Positions 47,808 to 57,174 of a stretch of 64,000 nt of DNA are shown one piece after another (the stretch's first letter is position 1; every line of letters begins with the position of its first letter). The notes beneath the pieces were generated by a model, which saw only the letters and a list, made by a program, of their open reading frames with translations, had not been told where the DNA came from and ran no database searches. The position numbers and the translations under genes were made by a program. The DNA comes from Vicinamibacteria bacterium (GTDB lineage: Bacteria; Acidobacteriota; Vicinamibacteria; Marinacidobacterales; Marinacidobacteraceae), in NCBI GenBank assembly GCA_964291235.2, contig OZ219816.1:224001-288000 (forward strand). The letters run 5' to 3'.

Positions 47808-49865
47808 TCAATTCGGTTCTCCCATGTTGCGCGGCGTCTCGGGATCCACGAGCTTCACGGCCCACAGCCCCGAGTTGAAGTCGGTGAAGAAGATGGTGCC
47901 CTTGAAGGGCTGGGGACCCCACACGAAGGGAGCGTTCCGCTTGTAGCCGTCGGGATCGGCAGGCTCGAAGAAGGTGATCTCCCGGCCCTGCTGGTAGAGG
48001 TCGCCGCGCAGATCACCGGAGACGTCCACCACCCGGAGGCCGCCGTTGTAGTAGCCGACGTAGAGGATGTCGTCCTCCACCCACAGGTTGTGGCTGCCGG
48101 CCTCGGGCACCTGGTAGCGGGCGACTTCCCGGCCTTCGCCTCCGTCTTCGTCCCACTCGGCGATGTGGATCCAGCCGGCGGCCCGGTCGGGAAGCTTCCC
48201 GCCGGGATCGAAGCTCCAGGGGAAACTTTCATCCCCGGCGAACACCAGCATCTTGCCGGTGGACTGGCTCCGGTAGGGAAAGCCCGCGTGGTTCCAGCCG
48301 TTCGGGTACTTGAAGCTCCCGATCATCTTGGGATCGTTCGGAGCGCCGCCGAGGTCTCCCCCGCCGATGTCCACCGCGACCACACCGTCGGTCCAGTTCG
48401 AGGACCAGGCGATGCCGTCCTGAACCCAGACGTCGTGAATGCCGTGCCCCGGGGTGTCGAGCTCGAAACGTCCGACCCGGTAGGGATTCGCCGGATCCTC
48501 GGCGTTCAGGATGTCGTAACGCCGCCCGGCGGAGAGCGCCAGGATGTGGTTCTCGGCCACGAATGTGTTGTGGACGCCCCCGCTCATCTGGTCGTCGTAG
48601 CGCGCGATGATCTTCACGCCGTCCGTCGGGTTCTCGACATTGAGCACGACCAGCCCGTTCTTCCGGTTCGAGGCGCCTTCGCGGCTGATGACCGCGAACT
48701 TGCCGTCCGGAGAGACCTTGACGTCGTTCACCGTGCGGGCGTCCACCCGGACGGTATCCACCAGGTGGATGCTCGACGGATCGGTCACGTCCCAGAAATA
48801 GGCGTGCCCGTCGGCGCCCCAGGTTCCGGTGATCGCGTAGTCCCGGCCGTCAACGCCTTCCCAGACCCAAAGATCCGAGGTGTGGCGGTCACGGACCGGA
48901 CCGCGCCCGAGGATCTCCCAGTCCTTCTTGATGTTGCGGGAAGTGGCGCGGATCGTCTCGCGGGCCGTCAGGGAGCCCCCGGAAACCACCACGGTGTGGA
49001 GACCCGGACGCTCGGCCACGAAGGCGCCGTCCGGCTCCACGAAGGCCGCGGCTCCGGGCGCCACCAGGGTGTCGGGCGTGCGGGTCGAAACCGCGTATTG
49101 CAGCGGATAGTCGGGAACCTCGTTGCCGCTCGCGTCGAGCGCGCGGGCCTCGAACCAGACCACGTCCCCGGTCCGCACTTCCCCCTCGCTCGCCGAGACG
49201 TCGAGACGCACCGCCGGGTTGGCGCTCACTGAGATCGCGGCTTCGCCGCTCACCGATTCGGCACTCGCCGAAATCGTCGCGGAACCCTCGCCGCGGAGCA
49301 TGAGCACCCCGTGTTCGCTGACCGTCGCCACCGAGGAGTCGCTCGAGGACCACGCGAAGTCGGGCTTCCGCTCGGCGCCGGAGGCATCCGTGGCCATGGC
49401 GGTTACCCGCAGCGAGGTGCCCTCGTAGAGGCTCGCCGGAAGGGCGGCGATCTCGACACTCGCGAGGGCCGGCCACGGCACGCTCACCGGAACCTCCACC
49501 ATGAGCGCCGCCTCGGCGCGCCGGTCCAGCGCCTCCGGATTCTGCGGCACCATGACGATCAGGGTCTGGTCCCCCGGCCGGTGGGCTTCCACCATTCCCG
49601 CGGGGTTCACCCCGACGTAGCGCCGGGCGCGCGAGAAGAAGACCACCCCGCGCTCGAGCGTGTTTCCGTCGGCATCCTTGACGGTCGCGGTGAGCTGGGC
49701 GCTGCTGCCGACCTCGAGGGTCAGTTCCGGCGGATCCACGACGAGCTCCGCCGGTTCCTGCGCCGCCGCAGAGCCGGCGAGCAGGACCCCGGCGCACGTC
49801 AGCGCACCCAGGAACAAGAGCCGGTCAGAACGCCTGCCGGCGAAGGAATGAATCATCTTTAGCAT
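47808..49865 (-). CDS. Ig-like + LVIVD-repeat protein, paralogue 4 (most diverged)
   Basis: Same architecture and motifs as paralogues 1-3. Confidence 0.88.
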   Translation of the reverse strand: MLKMIHSFAGRRSDRLLFLGALTCAGVLLAGSAAAQEPAELVVDPPELTLEVGSSAQLTATVKDADGNTLERGVVFFSRARRYVGVNPAGMVEAHRPGDQTLIVMVPQNPEALDRRAEAALMVEVPVSVPWPALASVEIAALPASLYEGTSLRVTAMATDASGAERKPDFAWSSSDSSVATVSEHGVLMLRGEGSATISASAESVSGEAAISVSANPAVRLDVSASEGEVRTGDVVWFEARALDASGNEVPDYPLQYAVSTRTPDTLVAPGAAAFVEPDGAFVAERPGLHTVVVSGGSLTARETIRATSRNIKKDWEILGRGPVRDRHTSDLWVWEGVDGRDYAITGTWGADGHAYFWDVTDPSSIHLVDTVRVDARTVNDVKVSPDGKFAVISREGASNRKNGLVVLNVENPTDGVKIIARYDDQMSGGVHNTFVAENHILALSAGRRYDILNAEDPANPYRVGRFELDTPGHGIHDVWVQDGIAWSSNWTDGVVAVDIGGGDLGGAPNDPKMIGSFKYPNGWNHAGFPYRSQSTGKMLVFAGDESFPWSFDPGGKLPDRAAGWIHIAEWDEDGGEGREVARYQVPEAGSHNLWVEDDILYVGYYNGGLRVVDVSGDLRGDLYQQGREITFFEPADPDGYKRNAPFVWGPQPFKGTIFFTDFNSGLWAVKLVDPETPRNMGEPN

Positions 49866-50081
49866 GGCCGTGGAGAACCCTCCTGCACTAGCCCCAGTGG
49901 GCAACAGGCGATTGTATCGGCTCCGCAGCAGCGAAGCCGCCTACCGTCGGCGGTGAAGAGGCGCGTACCGCCCGAAACACCGGCGTCCGGTCGGAACAGC
50001 GGCGCGCAGCACCGTCGTCGGCGGTGGACTGCCTCGCACTTTCATGGCGCACCCGCTCCGCAAGCGCCGGACAGACCGCCC

Positions 50082-52385
50082 TCAGGCAAGCTGGCGATAA
50101 CGATCGAGCGCGATTGCTTTCTGTTCACCTCGAAGACACCGCGTAACCATCTTGAAGGCGCTCTCCAAACCCCGCGCATACGCGAGATCCATGGTCGCTT
50201 CGCCGGACGCCTCAATCACTCTGCGAGCCGGAATCTTGTAGTTGCTGGCGAGCTCGACCAGTTCGTGAATGCCGTTTCGATCCGACAGGACCACTGGCGC
50301 GCAGCACTCGATGGCGCGACCCATCATGAGCGTGGCCAGACGGCCCGACTCGGTCGGCAGCCGATCCCAGTGGTTCCAAATCACGGGGAAGCAGTCCATC
50401 TCCCGCGCGCGATCCAGAATCCGGAAGCATGCCGCAGCGTCCAGAATCTGATCGTCGCGGACGATCCCGACCAGAAGCGCGCCGTGTTCCGTCTCAACGC
50501 GGCAATCGCACCGAATCGGCTGCCAGCCCGAGCGTCCACGAACAGCCGCGTGCGCACCTGCCCATGCAACCGGGACGGGCTTGCGGGCCGGTCGCGTTCG
50601 AGGCTTCCTGGGCTTGGCAGGCAGCGGAATCCTCGCCCAGTCGAGAGGTTGGTCCAACGCTCTCAGATCGAGCTCAACCACCAGGACACGGTCAGCCCTG
50701 GGGCATTCCGACAAGGGCACCATTTCGGATTGACCTGCCAGTCTTGCCGGGACCTCCTTGCCGTCCGGGGCGAAGGCGAAGGGATGTGTGCGGTGCCGGC
50801 TCATGTCGTCGTGTAGCGTGCAGAGCGCATAGAACCGATTCTCGACTGCCCGCAGCCGAAGGACGGCCGACCACTTGACCTCGGTGACGTTGTCGTAACT
50901 CGGATTCACCCAGATACGGGCGCCTCGGCTCGCCAGAAAACGAGGGAGTAGGCCCAGGTAGTGGTCGTGGCAGATCGTCGCTCCAACCGTTAGGCCGCTC
51001 AGTTCCAGGGTAGGGAGCATGACGTCCGGCGCCCAGTCCTCCCTCTCGAAAGCGGTGACTTCCGCAGTCGAGTGCTTCATGTACACCCGCGCCTCAGATC
51101 CGTCAGGATCGAAGCGAAGGAGGATCTGCGAGGCGCGGCCCGCCGCATCGAACCTCCGGTCCAGCGCGCCGACCAGTAGCGGAGCGTCGAGCGCCGCGGC
51201 GAGCTTCGTGAGCGACTCTCGGCGCTGGGCGTCCGATGAACGGATGTACGCCTCCGGGAAGAGCACGAAATCCACGCTTTCGCCAGCGAAGTCCGCGGCG
51301 GTGGGGACACCGGGCTCCTGGGCGCCGCCCCCGGTCGGTGGTACGCCCGCGGATGTCTTCCGGTGCGTCTCCGGAAAGACGAGAGCCGCGCGCACCACGG
51401 AAGTCGTTGGACCGACGCGGGTGTGGGTTCTTCCCCCGCTCGGATTCGGTGAGAGGGCCGCCGCCGCCGCGAAGCGCCGCTGATCCTCATCGCTGTCCGG
51501 GTCCAACGAGCACCAGACTAGGTCACCGGCGTGCAACCTCACCGTGGGTCGCATTCCGTGAAGTGGCGGGACCAGATCGCGCAGGGTGTCGTACCAAGCC
51601 CGCTGCTCATCGCGGAACGGAGGGTCCCGGTCCCGGGCGTCGTATCGCTCGCAGAGCGAGACCCAGCGAGCCCGGGAAAACCCTAGCGGCGGTCGGTCCG
51701 GGTACGCAGCAAGCGCCAGTTTTCGCGGCTGAGTGAAGTGCTGGCTTTCATCGAACTCCACCAGAAAACCCGGGTCCGGAACCCAGAAGTCACTCGGCGC
51801 CAGCAGTGAGGTCCTCACGAAGTCCGAAACGGAGAATCCTCGGTTCGCTTCCAGTGCGGCCGCGATCCTCTGCAGGCTGGGATCAAGAGGGGTTTCCTGG
51901 TAGGCGGAAAGCCGCGCCGGCCAGCGAAACCGGCGGTTCGGCCGGCATTCTCCAAAACGGGTCTCCAGCATCTCGCGCACCCGCTTCTTGCATTCGGCAC
52001 ACCGCTCCGAATGACGTCGGGTGCGCGCCCCGAGCACCGGCTTGGACGAGAAGGCGGACCGGCGCGGGTTCGGGGAGGCAGCGGAATGCGTCGCCGATTT
52101 CCGTGGTGGCGCGCAAGCCTGAGCGCTTCCACCACAACCACACTTGACGATCAGGAAGCCGCGACTCGCAAGAAAACGATTGGTCTCACGGCCGCCCGAA
52201 AAACCGCGCAGGTACTGCCCGAAGGCAACCTGATGCGCCAGCGCAATCGTGTACTTCGGAGGAAAGTGCACGTCACTGTCCAGCAGGCAGTAGCCACGGC
52301 TGCGCCTCCCAGCCCGAACGCCGTCGCGGCGGATGCGGCGGAGCGCTTCCCGAATCTGCGCCTCGGTGATGGAGGACGGAATCAC
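50082..52385 (-). CDS. Fusion of PPKY-type DNA-binding head, Vsr/DUF559-like nuclease and carbon-nitrogen hydrolase (nitrilase) domain
   Basis: FPPKYTIALA...FSGGRETN.FL..RGF; DFWVP..FLVEFDESQHF; FPE, YMKH, TICHD. GTG start shortly after the racemase stop. Confidence 0.75.
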   Translation of the reverse strand: MIPSSITEAQIREALRRIRRDGVRAGRRSRGYCLLDSDVHFPPKYTIALAHQVAFGQYLRGFSGGRETNRFLASRGFLIVKCGCGGSAQACAPPRKSATHSAASPNPRRSAFSSKPVLGARTRRHSERCAECKKRVREMLETRFGECRPNRRFRWPARLSAYQETPLDPSLQRIAAALEANRGFSVSDFVRTSLLAPSDFWVPDPGFLVEFDESQHFTQPRKLALAAYPDRPPLGFSRARWVSLCERYDARDRDPPFRDEQRAWYDTLRDLVPPLHGMRPTVRLHAGDLVWCSLDPDSDEDQRRFAAAAALSPNPSGGRTHTRVGPTTSVVRAALVFPETHRKTSAGVPPTGGGAQEPGVPTAADFAGESVDFVLFPEAYIRSSDAQRRESLTKLAAALDAPLLVGALDRRFDAAGRASQILLRFDPDGSEARVYMKHSTAEVTAFEREDWAPDVMLPTLELSGLTVGATICHDHYLGLLPRFLASRGARIWVNPSYDNVTEVKWSAVLRLRAVENRFYALCTLHDDMSRHRTHPFAFAPDGKEVPARLAGQSEMVPLSECPRADRVLVVELDLRALDQPLDWARIPLPAKPRKPRTRPARKPVPVAWAGAHAAVRGRSGWQPIRCDCRVETEHGALLVGIVRDDQILDAAACFRILDRAREMDCFPVIWNHWDRLPTESGRLATLMMGRAIECCAPVVLSDRNGIHELVELASNYKIPARRVIEASGEATMDLAYARGLESAFKMVTRCLRGEQKAIALDRYRQLA

Positions 52386-52396
52386 GAACTGCGTTT

Positions 52397-53449
52397 CTAC
52401 CAGATGTCCCCGATCGTGAACCCCTCGGGGAAGGGATCGGACGGGTCCACCGAATACTGGGCCATCCCCGTGATCCAGGCGGTCCCGCTGATCGTCGGAA
52501 CCACCGCCGGGACCCCACCCACGGTGGTCTTCCGAATCAGGCGTCCCACGAACTCGGTCCCCACGGGACCGAAGTGATGGAAGTCCTCGCCGATCGCGAG
52601 CAGCCCGCGCGCGTGGAGCGCCGCCATGCGGGCCGAGGTGCCCGTCCCGCAGGGCGAGCGGTCGAGCGCCCCGGTCCAGGTCTCGGGACGGTCCCAGTCG
52701 AGATCGCCCACCGCGACCGAAACCGCGTTTGCGGCGGTCCGCGTCTCGGGATCGTAGGGCCCGGTGAGCTGCCCGATGCTGGCCTGGCGGATCTCGGAGT
52801 TCTCCGGGTGTACGGCCTCGAGTTGTTCGCGCGCGGCCTGCTTCACCATCGCGCCGACCCGCGCCAGCTCGCGCCCGTGCTCCGGGGCGATCCGGAGCCC
52901 GAAGCGGGCGGCGTCGGCGATCGCATAGAACATCCCGCCCCAGGAGACGTCCACCTCGACCTCCCCGAAGGTCGGCACCTCGATCTTCGCGCCCAGGTGG
53001 GCCGGGAAGGCCGGCACGTTCTCGAAGGTCACCCGGGTCACCTTGCCGCCCTCGACGCTGGCCTGCACCTGGATGAGGCCCGCGGGCGTCTCCAGCGTGA
53101 GTTCGGTCACCGGTTCGACGGCCCGAACCATCCCGGTCTCGATCAGGGCGGTCACCGTGCAGATCGTGTTCGTCCCCGACATCGGCGGGTACTCGGTCTG
53201 CTCCATGATCACGAAGCCGGCATCGGCGTCGGGATGCGTCGGGGGCAGCACCAGATTGCAGTTGGCCGCCGGGTATCCGCGGGGCTCCCGGAGCATGAGC
53301 TTGCGGAGTCCGTCGGCGTGGCGCTCCAGGTACTGCATCTTCCGGAACATGGTTTCGCCGGGTACGTCGAGGACGCCCCCGACGATCACCCGCCCGGGCT
53401 CGCCGGCGGCGTGCAGGTCCACCGCGTGGATGAGTCGCCCTGAGCGCAT
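52397..53449 (-). CDS. Proline racemase family protein
   Basis: HAAGEPGR, EPRG, PPMSGTN (Ser variant), DRSPCGTGTSA. Confidence 0.93.
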   Translation of the reverse strand: MRSGRLIHAVDLHAAGEPGRVIVGGVLDVPGETMFRKMQYLERHADGLRKLMLREPRGYPAANCNLVLPPTHPDADAGFVIMEQTEYPPMSGTNTICTVTALIETGMVRAVEPVTELTLETPAGLIQVQASVEGGKVTRVTFENVPAFPAHLGAKIEVPTFGEVEVDVSWGGMFYAIADAARFGLRIAPEHGRELARVGAMVKQAAREQLEAVHPENSEIRQASIGQLTGPYDPETRTAANAVSVAVGDLDWDRPETWTGALDRSPCGTGTSARMAALHARGLLAIGEDFHHFGPVGTEFVGRLIRKTTVGGVPAVVPTISGTAWITGMAQYSVDPSDPFPEGFTIGDIW

Positions 53450-53451
53450 CG

Positions 53452-55086
53452 TTATCTCCTTTGGACGTTTTGCCCCGGGAGGTCTTCCTCGACCACACGG
53501 AAGACGCCCGGCCCGTCCACCGGAACCAGTTGGTCGGCTCCCGTGGGCCAGCGCACCCTAACCGAGTCGGGCACTCCGGGGCCAAGCCCGATCCACACCT
53601 CGCGGGACCCGGACGACAGGTAGCTCGAACCGGCCGTCACCACGGAGCGTTGCGGGCGTCCGCTCCGCTCCACCACCACCTCGGCGCCGACGCCGTCGCG
53701 GTTGGACACCCGTCCGACCAACTGCAGCACTGCCCGGGGAGCCGGCTCGGCGCCGTTTCGGAGCAGCGCGGCACGGCCCCCCGAGCGCGAGACCACGAGA
53801 TCGAGCCGGCCGTCCGCATCGAAGTCGGCTGCCGCGAGACCCCGGCCGACCGCGGGCGCCCCTTCCAGCATCACCGGTTCGAACGAGCCATCCCGGTTGC
53901 GGAAGCACTCGTCTCGCTGGCGGTAGTCCGTGCCGGGATAGAGCAGGGGCGCATTGTCGAGAACGTGCCCGTTGGTGACACACAGGTCCGGCGACCCGTC
54001 GTTGTCGAGGTCCGCGAAGACGGCCCCGAAACCCAGCCAGCCGAGCGACGGGCGCCCCACCCCGGACAGGAAGGAAACGTCCCGGAACACGCCGTGCCGG
54101 TCCGCGACGTAGAGGTTGTTCGCCTCGCCCTGGAAGTTCGTGACGAACAGGTCGAGATCCCCGTCGGATTCGATGTCGGCAACCGCGATGCCCATCCCGG
54201 CGAGGGCGTTCCCGTCGCCGTCGTAGGCGAGCCCGGCGGGAAGTCCGCGTTCCCGAAAACGCAGTCCTCCCAGGTTCTCGAAGAGGAAATTGGGAACCGT
54301 GTCGTTCGCCACGTAGAGGTCGGGAAGCGCGTCACCGACCAGGTCGGCGGCGAGGACGCCGAGCCCCTTGCCCGTCAGGAGCGCCACCCCCGCCGCCTCG
54401 GAAACGTCGCGGAAAGAGCCGTCGCCGCGGTTCTCGTAGAGCAGGTCGGGCACCCCGGAGAAGGCGTCGGGGAGACAGTAGGAGCGGACCGCTTCGCCGG
54501 CGATCGTCCGCGCGCACACCGGGTTGTGCGACGGAGACCAGTCGAGGTAGTGGGTGATGAAGAGATCGAGATCCCCGTCGCCGTCGAGGTCCGAAAACGC
54601 GGCGCTCGCGGCCCAGCCGGCGGCGTTCAATCCGGCCTCCCGCCGCACGAACGTCCCGTCGCCCCGGTTCTCGTAGAGAAGATCGGCGCCCGCCCGGGTG
54701 ACCAGCAGGTCGGGGTCGCCGTCGTTGTCGTAGTCGGCGGCCACCGCTCCCATGCCGAATCCCTCCGCGGGAGGGAGGGTCCCGAACCCGGCGGGTTCGC
54801 TCACGTCCCCGAAACTTCCGTCGCCCCGGTTGCGGTACAGCGTGCCCGCCGGGCCCCGCGGCCGGCCCGTTCCCGGCACCTCGCCGCCCTGCACGAAGAA
54901 GAGGTCGGGCGCCCCGTCACCGTCGTAGTCCAGCACCGCGAGCCCCGAGCCCATCGTCTCCACCGGATGCCACTCACCCCGGGCGCCCCGCTGGTGCTGG
55001 AAGGAGATGCCGGCGGCCCCGGCCACGTCGGCGAGGCGGATCTGTGACCACGCCGGGGAGGCCGAAAGGAGGACCGCCAGGAGCAT
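53452..55086 (-). CDS. CRTAC1/ASPIC-UnbV FG-GAP repeat protein
   Basis: Repeated DYDGDG/DLDNDG motifs, GKGLG, SNRDGVGA, GSSYLS. Start 55086 or 55182. Confidence 0.92.
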   Translation of the reverse strand: MLLAVLLSASPAWSQIRLADVAGAAGISFQHQRGARGEWHPVETMGSGLAVLDYDGDGAPDLFFVQGGEVPGTGRPRGPAGTLYRNRGDGSFGDVSEPAGFGTLPPAEGFGMGAVAADYDNDGDPDLLVTRAGADLLYENRGDGTFVRREAGLNAAGWAASAAFSDLDGDGDLDLFITHYLDWSPSHNPVCARTIAGEAVRSYCLPDAFSGVPDLLYENRGDGSFRDVSEAAGVALLTGKGLGVLAADLVGDALPDLYVANDTVPNFLFENLGGLRFRERGLPAGLAYDGDGNALAGMGIAVADIESDGDLDLFVTNFQGEANNLYVADRHGVFRDVSFLSGVGRPSLGWLGFGAVFADLDNDGSPDLCVTNGHVLDNAPLLYPGTDYRQRDECFRNRDGSFEPVMLEGAPAVGRGLAAADFDADGRLDLVVSRSGGRAALLRNGAEPAPRAVLQLVGRVSNRDGVGAEVVVERSGRPQRSVVTAGSSYLSSGSREVWIGLGPGVPDSVRVRWPTGADQLVPVDGPGVFRVVEEDLPGQNVQRR

Positions 55087-55178
55087 CCCCACCGCACCGG
55101 ATACCCGACGGTGGGTCGGGCGGCCGCGGTGATCTCGCCGTGGACGTTGCCTTGGACGGCCGATTTCCAGCGCCGGGA

Positions 55179-55439
55179 TCATGAACGTGCCTGTTGGTCC
55201 GAGAAGAATCTCCCGCGCAACTCGCTTTCCCTGATGAAGCGGGATGCCTGCCGGAAGATGGCATGCAACGTACCAGCGGCAAGCTCCCGGTGTAATGGCA
55301 CGGTGAGAACCTGTCGCTCCCCCTCGGGCAGAACCCGGACAAGTCTGGCGTGACTGCCGCGGACCCTCGCCACCCGGAATCCGAAATCTCCCAGGATCTT
55401 CAGCACCTCCCGCGCGCTGAGGCGCCGGAGGCGGGGCAT
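55179..55439 (-). CDS. hicA: HicA family toxin
   Basis: GF...RVRGSH...TVPLH.EL..GTL.AI. Confidence 0.92.
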   Translation of the reverse strand: MPRLRRLSAREVLKILGDFGFRVARVRGSHARLVRVLPEGERQVLTVPLHRELAAGTLHAIFRQASRFIRESELRGRFFSDQQARS

Positions 55440-56032
55440 CAGGCCGGGAAGGCCATCGTTTCGTAACTGACGACCAGACGCGGTCTGGACGAAAGGCCGA
55501 GACGCCCGAGTTCGTCATCGTCAAGATGCAGCTCCAGCGCCTCCGAGAGATTCCTGAGGGTTTCGTCCAGCGTCCTTCCCTGGGTGACCACGGCCACCTC
55601 CAGGCATTCCGCGACGAACCAGGCGCCGCTCCTCACGATCACCGCATGAATCGAGGATCGCTCCGGGGCAAGGCCACCCCCGTAGGCGGCGGTCCGCTCC
55701 GCGGTGCGATCGGCCGCACCGGCCTCCCCGGCGGTGTACGGCGGGCGCGCCGGTTCGCGAAACGCATCTTCGATCCGGTAAATGCCCCGTCGCAGGCGCC
55801 GGAAGTACGGCCAGCGATGAGGATGATGCGCCGGAGCATTCACACAGCATCGGCTCGCCACGTGCGTCCGGACCGACCGCTCGTTCAGGTGCGGCAATGC
55901 CCGGACCAGGTCGCCAAGTCGAAAGGTCCCGTCTCCGGGCTGGGTGAGACGCCGCGCCGCCGTCAGCACCTCGGCATGGATGGCCCGGTGCTCTTCCGCT
56001 TTCGGAATGCGTGCCACGGAGATATTTTCCAC
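55439..56032 (-). CDS. hicB: HicB family antitoxin with an extra N-terminal domain
   Basis: C-terminal FVAECLEVAVVTQGRTLDETLRNLSEALELHL; N-terminal SVRTHVASRCCVNAP...GIYR. Confidence 0.85.
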   Translation of the reverse strand: MENISVARIPKAEEHRAIHAEVLTAARRLTQPGDGTFRLGDLVRALPHLNERSVRTHVASRCCVNAPAHHPHRWPYFRRLRRGIYRIEDAFREPARPPYTAGEAGAADRTAERTAAYGGGLAPERSSIHAVIVRSGAWFVAECLEVAVVTQGRTLDETLRNLSEALELHLDDDELGRLGLSSRPRLVVSYETMAFPA

Positions 56033-56058
56033 TTGTAAAACAAATCTTTCAAGTGGAA
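56027..56058. promoter_or_regulatory. Inverted repeat overlapping the hicB start (putative operator)
   Basis: TTCCACTTG-N14-CAAGTGGAA. Confidence 0.6.
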
Positions 56059-56083
56059 CGTACCCTGCCCGATCGGGCCGCGG

Positions 56084-56329
56084 TCAGCTTGGGGATCCGG
56101 CTTCCGCACAGTCCGCCGAACAAAACGTCCGGCCGTCGCGGACCACCGCCCGCTCCTCGGGAACGTAAAGATCGCAGCGCTCGCAACCCACCACGCGCCC
56201 CCGCTGCTCGGCCCTGCCCGTCCCCGCCGGAGGGACCGGATCCGCGGGCCTCGAAAAGAGCCTCCGCACCACCTTCCAGACCACCCGGGCCGTCACCACA
56301 GCGAGAAGGATCTGCAGGAAACGGATCAT
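56084..56329 (-). CDS. PP0621-like small Cys-motif membrane protein
   Basis: CERCDLYVP...FCSADC. Confidence 0.8.
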   Translation of the reverse strand: MIRFLQILLAVVTARVVWKVVRRLFSRPADPVPPAGTGRAEQRGRVVGCERCDLYVPEERAVVRDGRTFCSADCAEAGSPS

Positions 56330-56398
56330 GGCCGCGACCTGATCTTAGTCAGCCCGGCACCCGGGAAGCACCCGCCGTTCTGCTAGCAGCGAATGCCT

Positions 56399-57004
56399 TC
56401 AGGGATGCGCCGTGCGGAGCGACTCGATCTGGGCGCGGAGCGCTTCCGCGTCGGGTGAATCCGGCTGCGCGGCGATCGCCCGCTCCCAGAGCTCGATGCC
56501 GGCTTCGAGATTTTGATCCGCGAAGAGGCGCACCTGGCCGAGGGCGACCAGGCTCTCGAAGTGCTCCGGATCCTCAGCCAGCACCGATTCGTAGGCCTCG
56601 ACGGCCGCCGCCACGTTGCCGCGCCCGAGCTCGGCAAAAGCCAGCCGGCTGCGGATGTCGAGGTCCGCGGGATCGAGATTACGCGCCTGCTGGAGCCAGT
56701 ACACCGCCTCCCCGAAGTCCCGGGCGTCCACGAACAGGTCGCCGACGGCCACCCGCGCCGCGGGATCCTCGGGCCGCTCGTCCACCGCGTCGAGCAGCGA
56801 CTGGAGCGCCTCCGGATCGACCGGCCGCGTCTCCGGGGCCACCGCCGCGTCCGGGTTCGGCGCCGTGTTCCGCGCGGCGGAAGGCGCCGGGGAGGGGGCC
56901 TGACCCGTCTCCGATCCGGAGGGCCCGGAGATGAGGAACCCGACCAGCACGCCGAACGCCAGGCCGGCTCCAAAAAAGAGCCCCCGCTCGGTCAGTTGGT
57001 TCAT
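56399..57004 (-). CDS. Tetratricopeptide repeat protein
   Basis: N-terminal TM and helical repeats (A..YE..LA.DP). Confidence 0.8.
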   Translation of the reverse strand: MNQLTERGLFFGAGLAFGVLVGFLISGPSGSETGQAPSPAPSAARNTAPNPDAAVAPETRPVDPEALQSLLDAVDERPEDPAARVAVGDLFVDARDFGEAVYWLQQARNLDPADLDIRSRLAFAELGRGNVAAAVEAYESVLAEDPEHFESLVALGQVRLFADQNLEAGIELWERAIAAQPDSPDAEALRAQIESLRTAHP

Positions 57005-57174
57005 CCGGAGAGAGGTTAACCGCCTGTGGCACAACCCCCGCGGCGTTCAAGGGGCGATGCATCCCGGCTGAACCGCTCCTCTACGAGGCGCTCTGCGTTG
57101 CGTTTCGATCGAAATACACCCGGTATTCCTCTCTCACGCGCCTTGTCAGCCGGGCGCCTCGCCCCTCTCGGCGC

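Noticed and set aside
39217-49865. Diversity-generating retroelement acting on the LVIVD paralogues
   Set aside because: No reverse transcriptase is in the window, and differences are not adenine-specific.
52386-53585. N-terminal 400 aa of the 1167-aa ORF as part of the nuclease-nitrilase protein
   Set aside because: It is an Arg/Gly-rich shadow frame overlapping the proline racemase. Protein-like sequence starts at 52385.
49870-55178. Gene-end scars after the nuclease-nitrilase gene and after hicA
   Set aside because: Only 8-9-bp matches were found (GTCGGAAC, GGCCGCGGT), indistinguishable from chance at this GC content.
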